Source of the DNA: Chiloscyllium plagiosum
Taxonomy: Eukaryota
DNA: 50,000 bases
Reading direction: 5' to 3'
NCBI RefSeq assembly: GCF_004010195.1
Contig: NW_025214731.1
Coordinates: forward strand, 1 to 50,000
A model generated the notes under the pieces. That model had not been told where the DNA came from and made no database searches. It saw nothing but the letters and a program-made list of their open reading frames with translations. This document shows positions 26,385 to 38,435 of this stretch, piece after piece. Made by a program: the position numbers and the translations under genes. Each line of letters begins with the position of its first letter. Within the stretch, counting starts at the first letter, position 1.

Positions 26385-26714
26385 GAATCATAGTATCCCC
26401 ATGGCACAGAAAGAGGGCATTCGGCCCATCAAGCCTGCACTGACTTGCCAAAAGAGCACGTACCCAGATCCAGCCTCCCATCCCCTTAACCTTGCACTTC
26501 CCATGGCTAATCAGTTCAACCTGCACATTCCTGGACATTATGGGCAATTTCCCATGGTCAATCTACCTAACCTGCACATCTTTGGATCTGTGGGAGGAAA
26601 CGGAGCACCTGGAGGGAACCCACGCAGACACAAGGGGAATGTGAAGTCATTCAAGGCTGGAATTGAACCCGGGTCCTTGGTGCTGTGTGCAAACTACTGA
26701 GCTATGGTGCCACC
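26385..26714 (-). mobile_element. HE1-type V-SINE inserted in the RTE relic
   Basis: V-domain and B-box GGTTCAATTCC; CTCA on both sides. Confidence 0.9.
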
Positions 26715-27096
26715 CTCATGTGCTTTTACTTCCCATCATGTGACCTTTACCTTCCAGATTTCTTTTGGGTGTGAGACTTCAGCTCTTGGAATGTTGCCTT
26801 CTCGACTCGTGACCTTAGATTGTTCTATTAGGCCATAAAGGCTGCTTGTTTTCGTTCCAGGAAGTCCCTCAGTTCAGCATTTTCATTAAACCAGTCACAA
26901 AGGATTTTATCAAAATTTGCAAAAATCCTCCAATTTACCTATCTGACAACATTGCTTGCACCTGATCAAAGGAGTCTAGGAGAGCTACTGTTACTTAATA
27001 TCCCTGTTCAGGATCTGTGTTGAACGGGAGAGTTTTCCAGATTGGTAATTGCTGCACTTGGAATTCCTCTCTTCAGTAGGGCTGCTTTAGAGCAGA

Positions 27097-27712
27097 AATA
27101 GAGTCATAGGGTTACACAGCACAGAAACAGATGCTTCAGTCCAACTCATCTGCATTAACCAGATTTCCTAAAGGAATCGAGTCCCATTTGCCAGCATTTG
27201 GGCCATATCCCCCAAACCTGTCCTATTCATATACCCATCCCGATGCCTCTTAAAGGTTGTAACTGTACCAGCCTCCACCACTTCCTCTGACAGCTCATTC
27301 CATACACATACCACCCTCTGCATGAAAAGGTTGCCCTCAGGTCCCATTTATATCTTCCCCCTCTCACGTTAAACCTCTCCCCTCTCGCTTTGGACTTCCC
27401 TACCCTGGGAAAAAGACCTTGTCTATTTATCCTATCCATGCCCCTGCATGATTTTATAAATTTCTAAGGTCACCCCTCAGTCTCCGATGCTCCAGGGAAA
27501 ACAGCCCCAGCCTATTCAGACTTTCCCTATAGTTCAAACCCTGCAACCCTGGCAACATCCTCATAAACCTTTACTGAATCCTTTCAGGTTTAACAACATC
27601 TATAGCAGAGAAACCAGAAATAAACACAATATTCTAAAAGTGGCCTCACCAATGTCCTGTAAAGCTGCAACATGATGTTCCAACTTCTATACTCAGTGCA
27701 CTGAGCAATGAA
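27097..27712 (-). mobile_element. HER1/CR1 3' fragment
   Basis: LYRTLVRPLLEYC, MDRINRQGLFP; CTATGA tail. Confidence 0.92.
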
Positions 27713-27920
27713 GATAATATTGATTATTTTATTCTTATTTTTGATCCTTTTGGGTCTTTTACTTCCACTTAGCACAAAGGCATTGTGTCCAACATACACC
27801 AGTTGCCCACATTGAACTAGTGAAACAGATATCACTGAGATCTTTGATGCGAGCAGTGATAGACTCCAGGAAGTACCAATGCTGGCTATTTTTCTAGATT
27901 GGCTAAAAGCGGTTTCATAT

Positions 27921-28851
27921 TGTCATAACTCATTGGAAATTAAGCCCAGCTATTCCCAGAGTCGTCACAAAAGATTTTATCAAAGTTTGCAAAAGTCCAG
28001 CAATGTACCTCTGTTTAGACCCAGGCAAACCGTGAGTATGGATCAGATTTCTCCACCTAACAAGAATTATTATAATTAATTAAATAAATAAATAGATTCT
28101 AGCCATGTAATCAACTAGAACTGTGGACACTTACCACCACAAGTTAAAAATCTAGCCGTTTCTAAAATTCCCTATACACACAGACAGATAGGCAGGCAGA
28201 CACAAAGAAAACCTTGGTGGTTAGGGTGGAGGGAAGAAAACACAGGAAAGCTATTCAATGGTCCGGAGGGTTTGCTGAGATTATCGTTTTGCTCGCCATG
28301 GCTTGCTGTTCATCAATTTATTTCTTCAGATTCTTTCTTTACTAGTTTGCAGAAGTGACTGGTTCATTAATTGCAAAGTCTCCCAGTCATTCTTTAAAAG
28401 CCACAACAACTGGTGAGGGAAAATAAAGTGGCTTTCTTTAGGCTTTAGGTTTATTTTTAACTGCAGAGAGAAAAAGACATCACTTCTTCCTCTGGAGGTC
28501 CAAATGCCTCTGGCAATATCATTCATAACCACAAGCAGTTCCGCGACCCAAGAGCCAATCACATAACGGTTGGCAAGCAGGCAACCAAAGCTGGTTGAAA
28601 ATCCACAAACCAATCAGCTCCTAGTTGCCAGTCAAATCTCACTGCGTACTCACACCCAGTGCCACCCATTGATAACTAGCCTCCCTGACTGGTCGAAAGG
28701 AAACAGTGTAAACACTACTTACAATGAGTTTTGGTGACTTGCTTTAAAAAAGTGTAGCAATTAATTTCACATGCATAGTTTTTAAAATAGTCCTTTTCCC
28801 ATTTCAGACTGTAAGCAAAACTGCAGAAAAATTAAAGATACAGTCTTTACA
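27921..28851. mobile_element. solo LTR (931 bp)
   Basis: Termini TGTCA...TTACA, 4-bp TSD ATAT (27917-27920, 28852-28855); removing it rejoins the RTE frame (FHQKGKY|ETAF). Confidence 0.8.
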
Positions 28852-29443
28852 ATATTTGCCTTTCTGATGGAAGAGGAGGATTTTAGAATGAAGTTGGGTT
28901 AACAACCTTTGTCAGCAGGAGGATGCCATTTACATCAGCTTTTACCATCCTGCTTTTTCTCACAAAAAAAAGTTCCTCTCCAGACATCAAAGTCACATCC
29001 AGCTCTGGCATTAAAGTTGCCGGAATTTAGGATTACAGTGAGATTTCATCAAGGTCACAACAGAGGTCTTCCTTAACATCTTTCACAGAGTTATGGGCCA
29101 GGCGTAAGCATTAAAATTTGGAGTGTACTGAATACAGCTGAGCTGCAGGTGATATGTTATAAGCTTTTTTATACAACTGGGGAGTTCTGGCAGTGCATCC
29201 AAAACCTATTCCAAAGGGCAAAAGCCAACCCTATGGACCCACAAGCAAGTGTTTCCTTTCACACAGAAGGTGACCTGTTCTCTCAGCAACCCCTCTGCAT
29301 GGAGGTATACCTCACAGAGAGTGGCAAGGTCGGTTTGGACAGCAGTTTTGCTTTCAGGATGAGCCAGTCTTAACTTTATCAATAAGTCTTATAAACCCCA
29401 ACTGCAAACCTTAACATTTTCTTTCTTCAACGATAAGGATGGT

Positions 29444-30608
29444 GATAGAGTCATACAGATGTACAGGACAGAAACAGACCCTTCAGTCCAAACCTGTCCA
29501 TGCCGACCAGATATCCCAACCCAATCAGGTCCTACCTGTCAGCACCTGCCTCATATCCCTCCAAACCCTTCTTATTCATATACCCATCCAAATGCCTTTT
29601 AAGTGTTGTAATTGTACCAGCCTCCACCACTTCCTCTGGCAGCTCAATCCATGCACATACCACCCTCTGTGTGAAAAAGCTGCCCCTTTTTGCTCTCTTT
29701 TATATCTTTCTCCTCTCACCCTAAACCTCTGCCCTCTAGTTTTGGACTCTCCCACCCCAGGGAAAAGACTTTGTCTATTTATCCTATCCATACCCCTCAT
29801 AATTTTGCAAACCTCTATAAGGTCACCCCTCAGCCTCCGATGCTCCAGGGAAAACAGCACCAGCCTGTTCAGCCTCTCCCTATAGCTCAAATCCTCCAAC
29901 CCTAGCAACATCCTTGTAAATCTTTTCTGAACCCTTTCAAGTTTCACATCATCTTTCTAATACGAAGGAGACCAAAAGTAAACGCAAAATTCCAACAGCG
30001 GCCTAACCAATGTCCTGTACAGTCGCAACATGATCTCCCAACTCCTGTACTCAATACTCTCGCCAATAAAAGAAAGCATACCAAACACCTTCTTCACTTC
30101 ACTACTTTCCTCATTCCTGAAGAAGGGCTTATGCCCAAAACGTCGATTCTCCTGTTCCCTGGATGCTGCCTGACCTGCTGCGCTGTTCCAGCAACACATT
30201 TTCAGCTCTGATCTCCAGCATCTGCAAACCTCACTTTCTCCTCGAAGATTTTAACCTTCTTCACTATCCTATCTACCTGCGACTCCACTTTCAAGGAGCT
30301 GTGAACCTGCACTCCTTTGTTCAGTAACACTCCCCAGGGCCTTACCATTAAGTGTATAAGTCCTGCTAAGATTTGCTTTCCTAAAATGCAGCACCTGCAC
30401 TTATCTGAATTAAACTCCATCTGCCACTTCTCAGCCTGTGGGCCCATCTGGTCCAGATCCTGTTGTAATCTGAGGTAACTTTCTTCGCCGTCCACTACAT
30501 GTCCAAATTTGGTGTCATCTACAAACTTACTAACTATACCTGTTATGCTCACATCCAAATAATTTATGTAAATGACAAAAAGTAGAGGACCTAGAACCGA
30601 ATGTCCTT
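29444..30608 (-). mobile_element. HER1/CR1 RT-to-3' fragment carrying a PLE insertion
   Basis: SVLGPLLFVIYIN, SKFVDDTK, LERVQKRFTRM; tail present. Confidence 0.94.
30099..30253 (+). mobile_element. single-arm PLE terminal-repeat insertion (copy D)
   Basis: CTGAAGAAGGGCTTATGCCCAAAACGTCG...CTCACTTTCTCC; TSD ACCTTCTTCACT at 30087-30098 and 30254-30265. Confidence 0.85.
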
Positions 30609-30610
30609 TA

Positions 30611-30636
30611 CACACACACACACACACACACACACA
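30611..30636. repeat. (CA)13 microsatellite
   Basis: Read directly; abuts the 5' truncation point of the LINE. Confidence 0.97.
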
Positions 30637-30706
30637 GAATCTGGCTACATGGAATACCATACTCATAAAAATGCAGTGAACTCTTAATCCCATTGATGTG
30701 GTGAAA

Positions 30707-30885
30707 GCTGGAGATTAGAGTCAAGATTAGAGTGGTGCTAGAAAAGCACAGCAGGTCAGGCAGCATCCGAGTAGCAGGAAAATCAACATTTTGGACATAA
30801 GCCCTTCATCATCCCAAAACGTCGTTTCTCCTGCTCTTCGGATGCTGCCTAACCTGCTGTGCTTTTCCAGCATCAGACTCTTGAC
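30707..30885 (-). mobile_element. palindromic PLE terminal-repeat insertion (copy F, sister subfamily)
   Basis: AAAAGCACAGCAGGTCAGGCAGCATCCGA and TCGGATGCTGCCTAACCTGCTGTGCTTTT form inverted arms that meet in the hammerhead motif. Confidence 0.8.
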
Positions 30886-31369
30886 AATTTTATTAACTTT
30901 ATAGCTGAGGAAATATTTGCCCATTCCCATCTCTTTCAATAACATACACCAACGTATTGATTCAATGTTTGTTACTGGCCAGTGCCAAGTTGCTAGATCT
31001 TAGATAGTACAACAGTATTGGGATGGCAATCAGCTTCAGTTCCCCTTGAATAAAGGGAAACAGTAAGTCAACATTTCCCCAGTTGATTCTCACGCAATGT
31101 ATGGAAATATGGGTGTTATCAAAATAAATCAGAATTAGCCATGATGGATATGAAACTAAAAGCTCAGCTGCTGTCCATCAAGTGGAGTTTAGATTACCAC
31201 AATTAGCAGCTGGTTTCATTTCTCCCCTCAATGCTGCTAATTAATTATCATATGTTTTGCATCACAGCATAACGGAAAATCAATCCCCGATAAGTGAAAC
31301 ACCATAAAGATTTTCTTCTGAATCAGCTCACTGCCATCGCAACTGCAAGGTGTGCACTCATTGCTCAGA

Positions 31370-31470
31370 AGGACAGGGTAGGGCTGTGAGTGGGAAGCTG
31401 TTCAGAGGGTAGATGCAGACTTGATGGGCCAAATGGCCTTCTTCTGCACTGTAAGGATTCTATGATTCTA
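31370..31470 (+). mobile_element. HE1 SINE 3' fragment
   Basis: GATGGGCCAAATGGCCTTCTTCTGCACTGTAAGGATTCTATGATTCTA. Confidence 0.8.
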
Positions 31471-31739
31471 AAGAACATTTGGGGGGGGGGGGGCTTATGG
31501 AAAAATTGACAAAGCTGCTTTACCAATTAGACAACCGTCAGCTGTCATGCCTTAGGTCTCTCCTTCACCACAATTAGCAACCCCTTTGACTTTGGTTGTG
31601 AGCATCCTCACAATCTCTCCCACCCATTTCTCCCCTACTTCTGTCTCCAGCCCTGATACTACGATTTTCTGATCCCTTTCAATCCTGAACAAAAGTCACA
31701 TACTGGACTTGAAATGTTAACTGTTCCACAGATGCTACC

Positions 31740-31869
31740 TTTCTGAAGAAGGGCTTATGCCCGAAACGTCAATTCTCCTGCTCCTCAGATGCTGCCTGGC
31801 CTGCTGCGCTTTTCCAACACCACACTTTTCAACTCTGGTATCCAGCATTTGCAGTCCTCACTTTCTCCT
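31740..31869 (+). mobile_element. single-arm PLE insertion (copy E) inside an older PLE end (about 31680-31910)
   Basis: Intact core CTGAAGAAGGGCTTATGCCCGAAACGTC; TSD ATGCTACC at 31732-31739 and 31870-31877. Confidence 0.82.
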
Positions 31870-31989
31870 ATGCTACCAGACTTGCTGAGTTTCTCCAGCA
31901 CTTTTTTTCCAGCACCTAAATACTGTGGCTGCAAAAGCAGGTCAGAGGCTAGAAATCCTGTTGCAAGTTACTCATCTCCTGACACCTCC

Positions 31990-32440
31990 TAACCAATCTA
32001 CATAAGTCAGGAATGTGATAGAATTCCTTGCAATTGCCTGGATGAGTGTCACTCCAGAGAAAATCAACAGCTTGATGCCATTTAGGAAAAAAAAAAGGCC
32101 AACACAGATTGGCAGCACATCCACAAACATTCCCTCCATTCAACAGTAATGCCCAGCAGCAATGTGCACTGTCTTCAAAATGCATTTCAGAAATTCGCCA
32201 AAGGTCCTTAGACAGTACCTTCCAAATCCACAACCACTACCATCTAGGGAGGACAAGGACAGCAGATGCATGGGAGCACCACCACATGCAAATCCCCTTC
32301 CAAGTGACACCCTGACTTAGAAATATGTTAGCATTCCTTCAGTGTCATTGGGTCAAAGTCCTTTAACACTATCCAATTTAAAAAAAAAGGCCCAGTCAGC
32401 GACATCCATCTGCCACAAATGAAGGGGGAAAAAAAAATCA
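31990..32440 (+). mobile_element. 3' fragment of a second CR1-like LINE family
   Basis: Homologous to 48275-48870 (ATCTACA..GTCAGGA..GTG..GAAT; CTTCCAAA.CCAC.ACCACTAC). Confidence 0.75.
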
Positions 32441-32523
32441 CAGGCTCAAGTCACAGGTGTCAGTACCCTGATGTCATGCACTACCTACATGGAAGATGGA
32501 TAATGAAACTGGGGAATAATTAC

Positions 32524-32688
32524 CTTTTTCAGTAACAACTACTCCTCATTGAGTGCAACCTGGATTTGCTGCCACAACACTGCGCTTTCACTCCCCTGTT
32601 TTCTCGTACAGCTGCTGCACAACTCCAAATTTCCTGCTTCAGTAGAAGCTCATTTCCATTGGTTATGCACGCAGCTGGAGATTGATTT
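32524..32688 (-). other. candidate non-coding exon
   Basis: Higher-GC unique island between acceptor CATTCCACCCTAAATCAG| and donor AAG|GTAATT; stops in all three frames. Confidence 0.3.
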
Positions 32689-33059
32689 CTGATTTAGGGT
32701 GGAATGCAGGTTAAAGAAATACATTAACTATGCTCAAGGTATGTTTTGAACTCCCCAAATTACAAGTACAGTACCTAATAATGAAAGTTAGTTGGTAAAC
32801 AATCATTTGGATTTATGTTTCCTTCCTAATGTTAGAAAATAGTGCACTAATTACGCTTAACTTTACGATTTCCCTGATAATCTCAATTATTAGCAGAATT
32901 TTCTAAAATTGGTCAAACAATTGAGTAGCACTATTAAAGTGAACAGTGGCTGCACATCCTAAACTATTTTCAGGAAGGTCGTAGTGAATGGACTTTGTTG
33001 AACCCTGTTAGTCCTAAGTACGTACAGAGCACTATTAGATGGGGAGCTCTGAGATTAAG

Positions 33060-33235
33060 ATCCAGCAATGACAAAGGGACAGGGATACAGCATCAAGCCA
33101 GAATAATGTGTGACTTGGAAATATCCGTAACTCCCCCGCCGTGAGTCATTACGCTGGTCTTTTTCAGTGTCAGAGGTTGCAAGTTTGGGAGGTGCTGTCA
33201 AAGAAGGCATGGTAAGTTGCTGCAGTGCAATCCAG
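33060..33235 (-). mobile_element. fragment of the second CR1-like family
   Basis: Reverse-complement similarity to 48570-48730. Confidence 0.6.
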
Positions 33236-33930
33236 CTACATAACCAATTTCCTATTCTTGAAAATGTGATCAAATGTGATTTAAGTACAGTTACCTGTAA
33301 GGAGTAATGAGTTGATTGACCAGGCAACCTGGCCTTGTAGAGTCAGTTGACACATGAACATTACTGAAAGTACTACAACACTTTTAGATACCACATTGAA
33401 GTAATAGCCAAGGCACACTCCAATTCCCACAGCAGTCTTCAATTGACAACCTTCTGACTCACAGACTAGAATGTTGCCATGCGCCAACTTTTAGTATCAT
33501 GATCACCACCTTTCATTTTGCGCACACTTCTTGATTTGATTGATGTGTAAAGAATGCAGAGACTTCTTCAGGCCAAACCCTGAGCAAGATAATTCCTGTT
33601 TAAAACCAAATTTAAGAGGAAATGTCTGCAAAGTCATTTATTAGTCATAGTAATTAGCTACAAGATTGACAGAAAGAAACTCTTCATTTCGAAGAACTGA
33701 ACACTTGGAAACCCACAGAGCAGCTCCCTCTAAAATAGCATTAATGACACAAATGCCATGCAAGTGAAGTGAGAAACCATCACAGCAACATCCCTGGAAA
33801 AATCCACTGCTTTTTATAACATGACGCTTGGAATCTTTCCTGAGAAGGTAATATTAAAACAAAACAAAAGGAGTTATCATTTGCAAAGATAACTTGAATT
33901 TAAGTTGCAGCTTTGCTGTCTTTGTAATTA

Positions 33931-34121
33931 GCTGAAAATGTGTTGCTGGAAAAGCACAGCAGGTCAGGCAACATCCAAGGAGCAGGAGAATCGATGTTTC
34001 AGGCATGAGCCCTTCTTCAGGAAAGAAGCCCTTGGCTCCTTGGGTGCTGCCTGACCTGCTGCGCTTTTCCAGCAACACATTTTCAGCTCTGATCTCCAGC
34101 ATCTGCAATCCTCACTTTCGC
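33931..34121 (+). mobile_element. palindromic PLE terminal-repeat insertion (copy B)
   Basis: Inverted arms; TSD CTGTCTTTGTAATTA at 33916-33930 and 34122-34136. Confidence 0.88.
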
Positions 34122-34649
34122 CTGTCTTTGTAATTAAGCAATCATACAAAAAGATTTAGCAGTATTCTCTCGGTACCTTCTACCACATTCTCTCAACCGT
34201 CAAGAAGTGCATCTGTGAGATTTACCAACTAATTGCACATAGCAGCTTTAATAAATATATTGCACTGACTCAGTGTAATGTTTAGTTGTATGGATGGAAA
34301 AGGGGTAGCATTATAATTTATACAAATTCAATGGTAGCTGAGGTTAGTTATTCTGTGAACAACTTTACAACACAGACTTAACAACGACAGTATGTCAGCA
34401 TTTTTAAAACCTGACTCTCTTTTTTCATTTGCAATGCACATCAGCATGTTTCAACCAATGTTCAGATAGCACATTCACATAACCCTACTTGCCCTGAGCA
34501 GACTACAACATGAACAAGGCAGTAAAGCTCTATGTTCTGCTTTCATTGCTCTCAAAGCTATGTCAGGTCTCAATGTGCCACATCCCCCCCTGCAGCCAGC
34601 GCTGCCCCACCCCCCACCCCCACCCCCAGGTGAGAGGGTGGCGGTGAAC

Positions 34650-34836
34650 AAAACCTGACATCCTTACCCCTAGTCTGGCCTACATGTGACTACAAAAACC
34701 ACAGCAATGTGGTTAACTCTCAACTGTCCTCTGAAGTGGCTCCAGCAAACCACTCAGATTAAGCAGCAATTACAAATGGGCAATAAACGCTGGCCCAGTC
34801 AGCAAGGCCCACATTCCAGGAATGAAATTTTAAAAA
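34650..34836 (+). mobile_element. SINE 3' half (family of 7440-7750)
   Basis: GTCTGGCCTACATGTGACT...GGGCAATAAACGCTGGCCCAG...GAATGAA tail, shared with the LINE end at 48810-48870. Confidence 0.7.
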
Positions 34837-35129
34837 AGCATTACTGCTGCAATTAGTAAACACGCTAGTGCAATAAAAACCTATTAACTCAAAAGCTATT
34901 TTCCATTATTTTTGAACAATTTAAAATGTGGAGCACACAAAATATAAATGCATGATAAAACTCAGATGAAGAAAGTTACTTGAATCAGAAATAAACCATA
35001 TTGTGCAGACACAAGATAAATGCAGAGTTTTGTTTTAAAATGACCAGCAAATGATTGTTTACACAGGACTTTAATCTCAGACGAACATAGACTTATTTTT
35101 AGGAAATAAGTTTCAAAAAAACACAACAC

Positions 35130-35742
35130 ATTTATTGGTCAGAGTATTGAGTGTAGGAGTTGAGAGGTCATGTTGCAGCTGGACAGGACATTGGTTAGGC
35201 CACTTTTGGTATATTGCATGCAATTTTGGTCTCCTTCCTATCGGAAGGATGTTGTCAAACTTGAAAAGGTTCAGAAAAGATTTACAAGGATGTTGCCAGG
35301 GTTGGAGGATTTGAGCTGTAGGAAGAGGCTGAATAGGCTGGGGTTGTTTTCTCTGGAGTGTCAGAGGCTGAGGGGTGAACTTATAGAGGTTTATAAAATC
35401 ATGAGGTACATCAAGAGGATAAATAGACAAAGTCTCTTCCCTAGTGAGTCCAGAACTAGAGGGCATAAGCTTAGGGTGAAAGGAAAAAGATATAAAAGAG
35501 ACCTAAGGGGCAACTCTTTCATGCTGAGGGTGGTGTGTATGTGAAATAAGCTGCCAGAGGAAGTGGTGGAGGCTAGTACAATTGCAACATTTAAAAGGCA
35601 TCTGAATGGGTATATAAATAGGAAGGATTTAGAAGGATAGGATCCAAGTGCTAGCAAGTAGGACTAGATTAGGTTGGGATATCTGGTCGGCATGGACGAG
35701 TTGGACCAAAGAGTCTATTTCCGTGCTGTACATCTCTATGAC
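35130..35742 (+). mobile_element. HER1/CR1 3' fragment
   Basis: LVRPLLVYCMQFWSP, LEKVQKRFTRMLPG; CTCTATGAC tail. Confidence 0.93.
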
Positions 35743-36249
35743 CATGTCCAGGTTATGGTGAGTAAGTGAGAATTCTTTTTGTTGAAGTGAGACTTGTTAG
35801 CCCCACATCTTGCTGCATATAGCAAACAGCTAAAGGCTAAAAGAATTTAAAATAGTCTCCTCTTTGGCCCAATGCTGCAGTTTCACCTTGTCTATTTTCC
35901 CCAGTACAGGGCTCATAGTCACGGTGTAATAATATTGTTTCAATGCTGCGGTATAATGGCATGTTTTCAGTTCTTCACACGGTGAACAGCATTCTGAGTT
36001 GTACACTGTGGAGCTATAACCAGTCCTTATTCAATTTCATGTGTTTCAAACAGGATCATTGTCAGCGTACAATGTTAATCAGAAGTTTTTTTTTATTATA
36101 ACAAGAATTCTATGCAATATCAAGTGTGATGTTACCAACAGCAGAAAGCCTTGCACACCATATTTTTTGTCTTGGTCAAGTATAGCCATTATGAAATGCT
36201 CACCCTTTGATCTATTTTACATTTTGTGGATTTTACAACTAAGGTGGAT

Positions 36250-36560
36250 TCCTAGGACAAGAGTGTTGCCTCCTGAGAAATATTGAGTAAAACGGGCCAA
36301 TGCGCTAGAGTTTAGAAAAAAAAAGAGGGGTCATTACATTGAAAGAGATAAGATTCAGAGGATTTTTTCTTCTGGCTGCAAAGTCTAGAACAACAGGGAA
36401 GAATCTCACGATAAGGGTTGGCCATTTTGGATTGAGACCAGGAGATATTTAGTCATTGACGATTATTGTGGATCTTCAAACTTCCCTAATGAAGAGGGCT
36501 GATGATTCCCCATCATTGATCATATTTGACATTATGATTGACTTCAGATAGAAATGACCT
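36250..36560 (+). mobile_element. very old CR1 fragment
   Basis: CTAGAGTTTAGAA...AGAGGGG.CAT.ATTGAAA and GTCTAGAAC..GGG are degenerate matches to the CR1 C-terminus. Confidence 0.55.
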
Positions 36561-37062
36561 GTTGCCTAGTCTATTTCTCATGTTCCTTGATGGTTGTGTA
36601 CATTCACATGAGAAGTTCACAGCAGTAGTGTAAAAGTTAAAGCAAGTGTAACTGTGTTCCAGATATTATTTGATTGGTCCACTGCTGAGCTTAATCAAAA
36701 CACACTTGACTTTTACAACACAATTAAAATACAACAAAAAGTATAATTGCCAAAACTTTACTCAATTGAAATACTTAACCAGATAATGTATTAGTTAGCC
36801 ACTAATCATCAACTTTCCAATACAGGCAGCATCCCATGACCACACCTTTTAGCTAAAATGCAATTCTGCAAAAGAGGCATTATCCTTCACTGAAGCAGCA
36901 GAGAATGCAAGCTGATAGGTCCAGCGACCAGCAAACCCGCCACACACTGAAAGCAAGCCAAAATCCTTCTTGCGTCGGTGCGCACTTGACCCCATCCAGC
37001 CATTATTCTTTTGCCTTACTTTAAAAACAAAACCCAGGGAGAACTCAAAGCGGTTTACCAAC

Positions 37063-37108
37063 CTCCTGTTGGAAGGAGACATTTTAGCACCACTGTGACA
37101 ACACTCCT
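37063..37108 (-). other. candidate exon 2 with a possible start codon
   Basis: Strong acceptor TTCTGTCCTGTTTCTCTTGCAG|, then GCTAAAATGTCT (ATG at 37082-37080; MSPSNR); donor GAG|GTTGGT, or TTG|GTAAAC 4 nt further. Confidence 0.4.
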
Positions 37109-37699
37109 CTGCAAGAGAAACAGGACAGAATATATCTCTCAGGCACAATATCATCGCAAGAACAAACTATAGAAATGAGAAAGCAAATTCTAAAAGCAAA
37201 TTTGCCGAACACCTCCAAATCATATCAAACACTCCAACTCATTAAAAAAACAAGGATGGAATAAATTAACACCAGCCCTCGTGTCCTCAACCATTACCCG
37301 CAGCCTTCCTGGGGAGGAGAGGCATTGCGAGTGTCAGCTCAAAGCCTCAGTTAAGTGCTGGGGACATCAACATGACGTTTCCCAACAATGTGACCTTTGG
37401 CACAGTTGCAACCAATTATACTTCCCCCCCCACCCCCAGGGTGGGAGATGGGGTAGAAGTGGTTCAATTCTAACACAGCAGTCACTACCTTTAACCCCAA
37501 AGCAATAAAATGGGGTTGATCATGTTTTTTCCTAAACAACTCGTCTGAAAAAAATATGAACAGTTGATTTTTACGAAGATATTGTACGATTGACATGCGC
37601 TTCATGTCCACAAACAAGAAACAACGACAAAAGAAAATGAAATTAAATCCAAAAAAAAAAACATTGTTCCATAAACCAAAAAGTACGAAGTGGTAAGCT

Positions 37700-38290
37700 T
37701 ACTTTCAGTTAAGCTGGGTAGTCCTTGCCACCCTCAGTGTTTCTTCCTCGTGGCAAACATGGAGGAATATTGATTCATCAGCTGAGGAGGTGCAGTACAT
37801 GGAAATCAGCAGGAGGTGTCTTTCCCCAAATTTGGCCAGGTGGCATGAGACATCATGGGGCCCAAAGCCAATGTTGAGATCTCTCAGGGGAACTCCCTCC
37901 TGCCTGTACACTGCTGTGCCACCATCTCTTCTGAGTATGTCCTATGGGTGGGACAGAAGATAACCAGAGATGGTGGTGATGGTGTCTGAGATATCATCTA
38001 CAGGGTATGATTCTGAGTGTATGAATGTGCGCAGCTGTTGTTCAACCAGCTTTTGAGACAGCTCTCCCAGTTTTAGCACAAACCTCCGGATGTTGGTGAG
38101 GAAAACACTGAGGTGTTGACAGGACTCTATTTGCCATCGGCATTTGCAGTGACTGGTGGCCTGTCGAGTTTCATTCCATTCTTTAGACTTTGTAGCAGTT
38201 TTGATATAACTGAGTTGCTTGAGGCCATTTCAGAGCGCAGTTTGAGTCATGTGTAGGCTAGACCAGGTAAGGATAACAGGTTTTGCTCTC
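37700..38290 (-). mobile_element. endonuclease-region fragment of the second CR1-like family
   Basis: Minus-strand HRTYSEEMVAQQ and GPHDVSCHLAKFGERHLLLISMYC resemble the CR1-type EN motifs DR..GGG and YRPP. Confidence 0.6.
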
Positions 38291-38306
38291 CAAAGTCATA
38301 TTGAAG

Positions 38307-38378
38307 ACAAAAAAACTGCAGATGCTGGAATCAAAGGTAGACAAGCAGGGGGCTAGAAGAACACCTGCTTGTCTACCT
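38307..38378 (-). mobile_element. tiny PLE-like hairpin remnant
   Basis: TGCAGATGCTGGA is shared with the PLE tail; perfect 15-bp inverted repeat 38335-38349 / 38364-38378. Confidence 0.55.
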
Positions 38379-38435
38379 CTAAAATATATTGGCATGGACT
38401 GAGGAGTTTACAGAGAGGAAGCAGAATAGGAAGAA

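Larger units (their letters stand above)
26330..29425 (-). mobile_element. ancient RTE-clade LINE (endonuclease and linker), split by four later insertions
   Basis: Collinear decayed motifs: LATLCE..AEG.LRE, HRVGF, NAYA, GNFNARAG...VWRG, NGILLLTK, LFHQKGKY, SQHWYFLE, CWT, DWFNEN, WEVKAHE. Confidence 0.75.

Noticed and set aside
33931..34121. Classifying the hairpin elements as DNA-transposon MITEs
   Set aside because: Asymmetric tail, variable TSD length, single-arm copies and the hammerhead motif fit PLE retrotransposition better.
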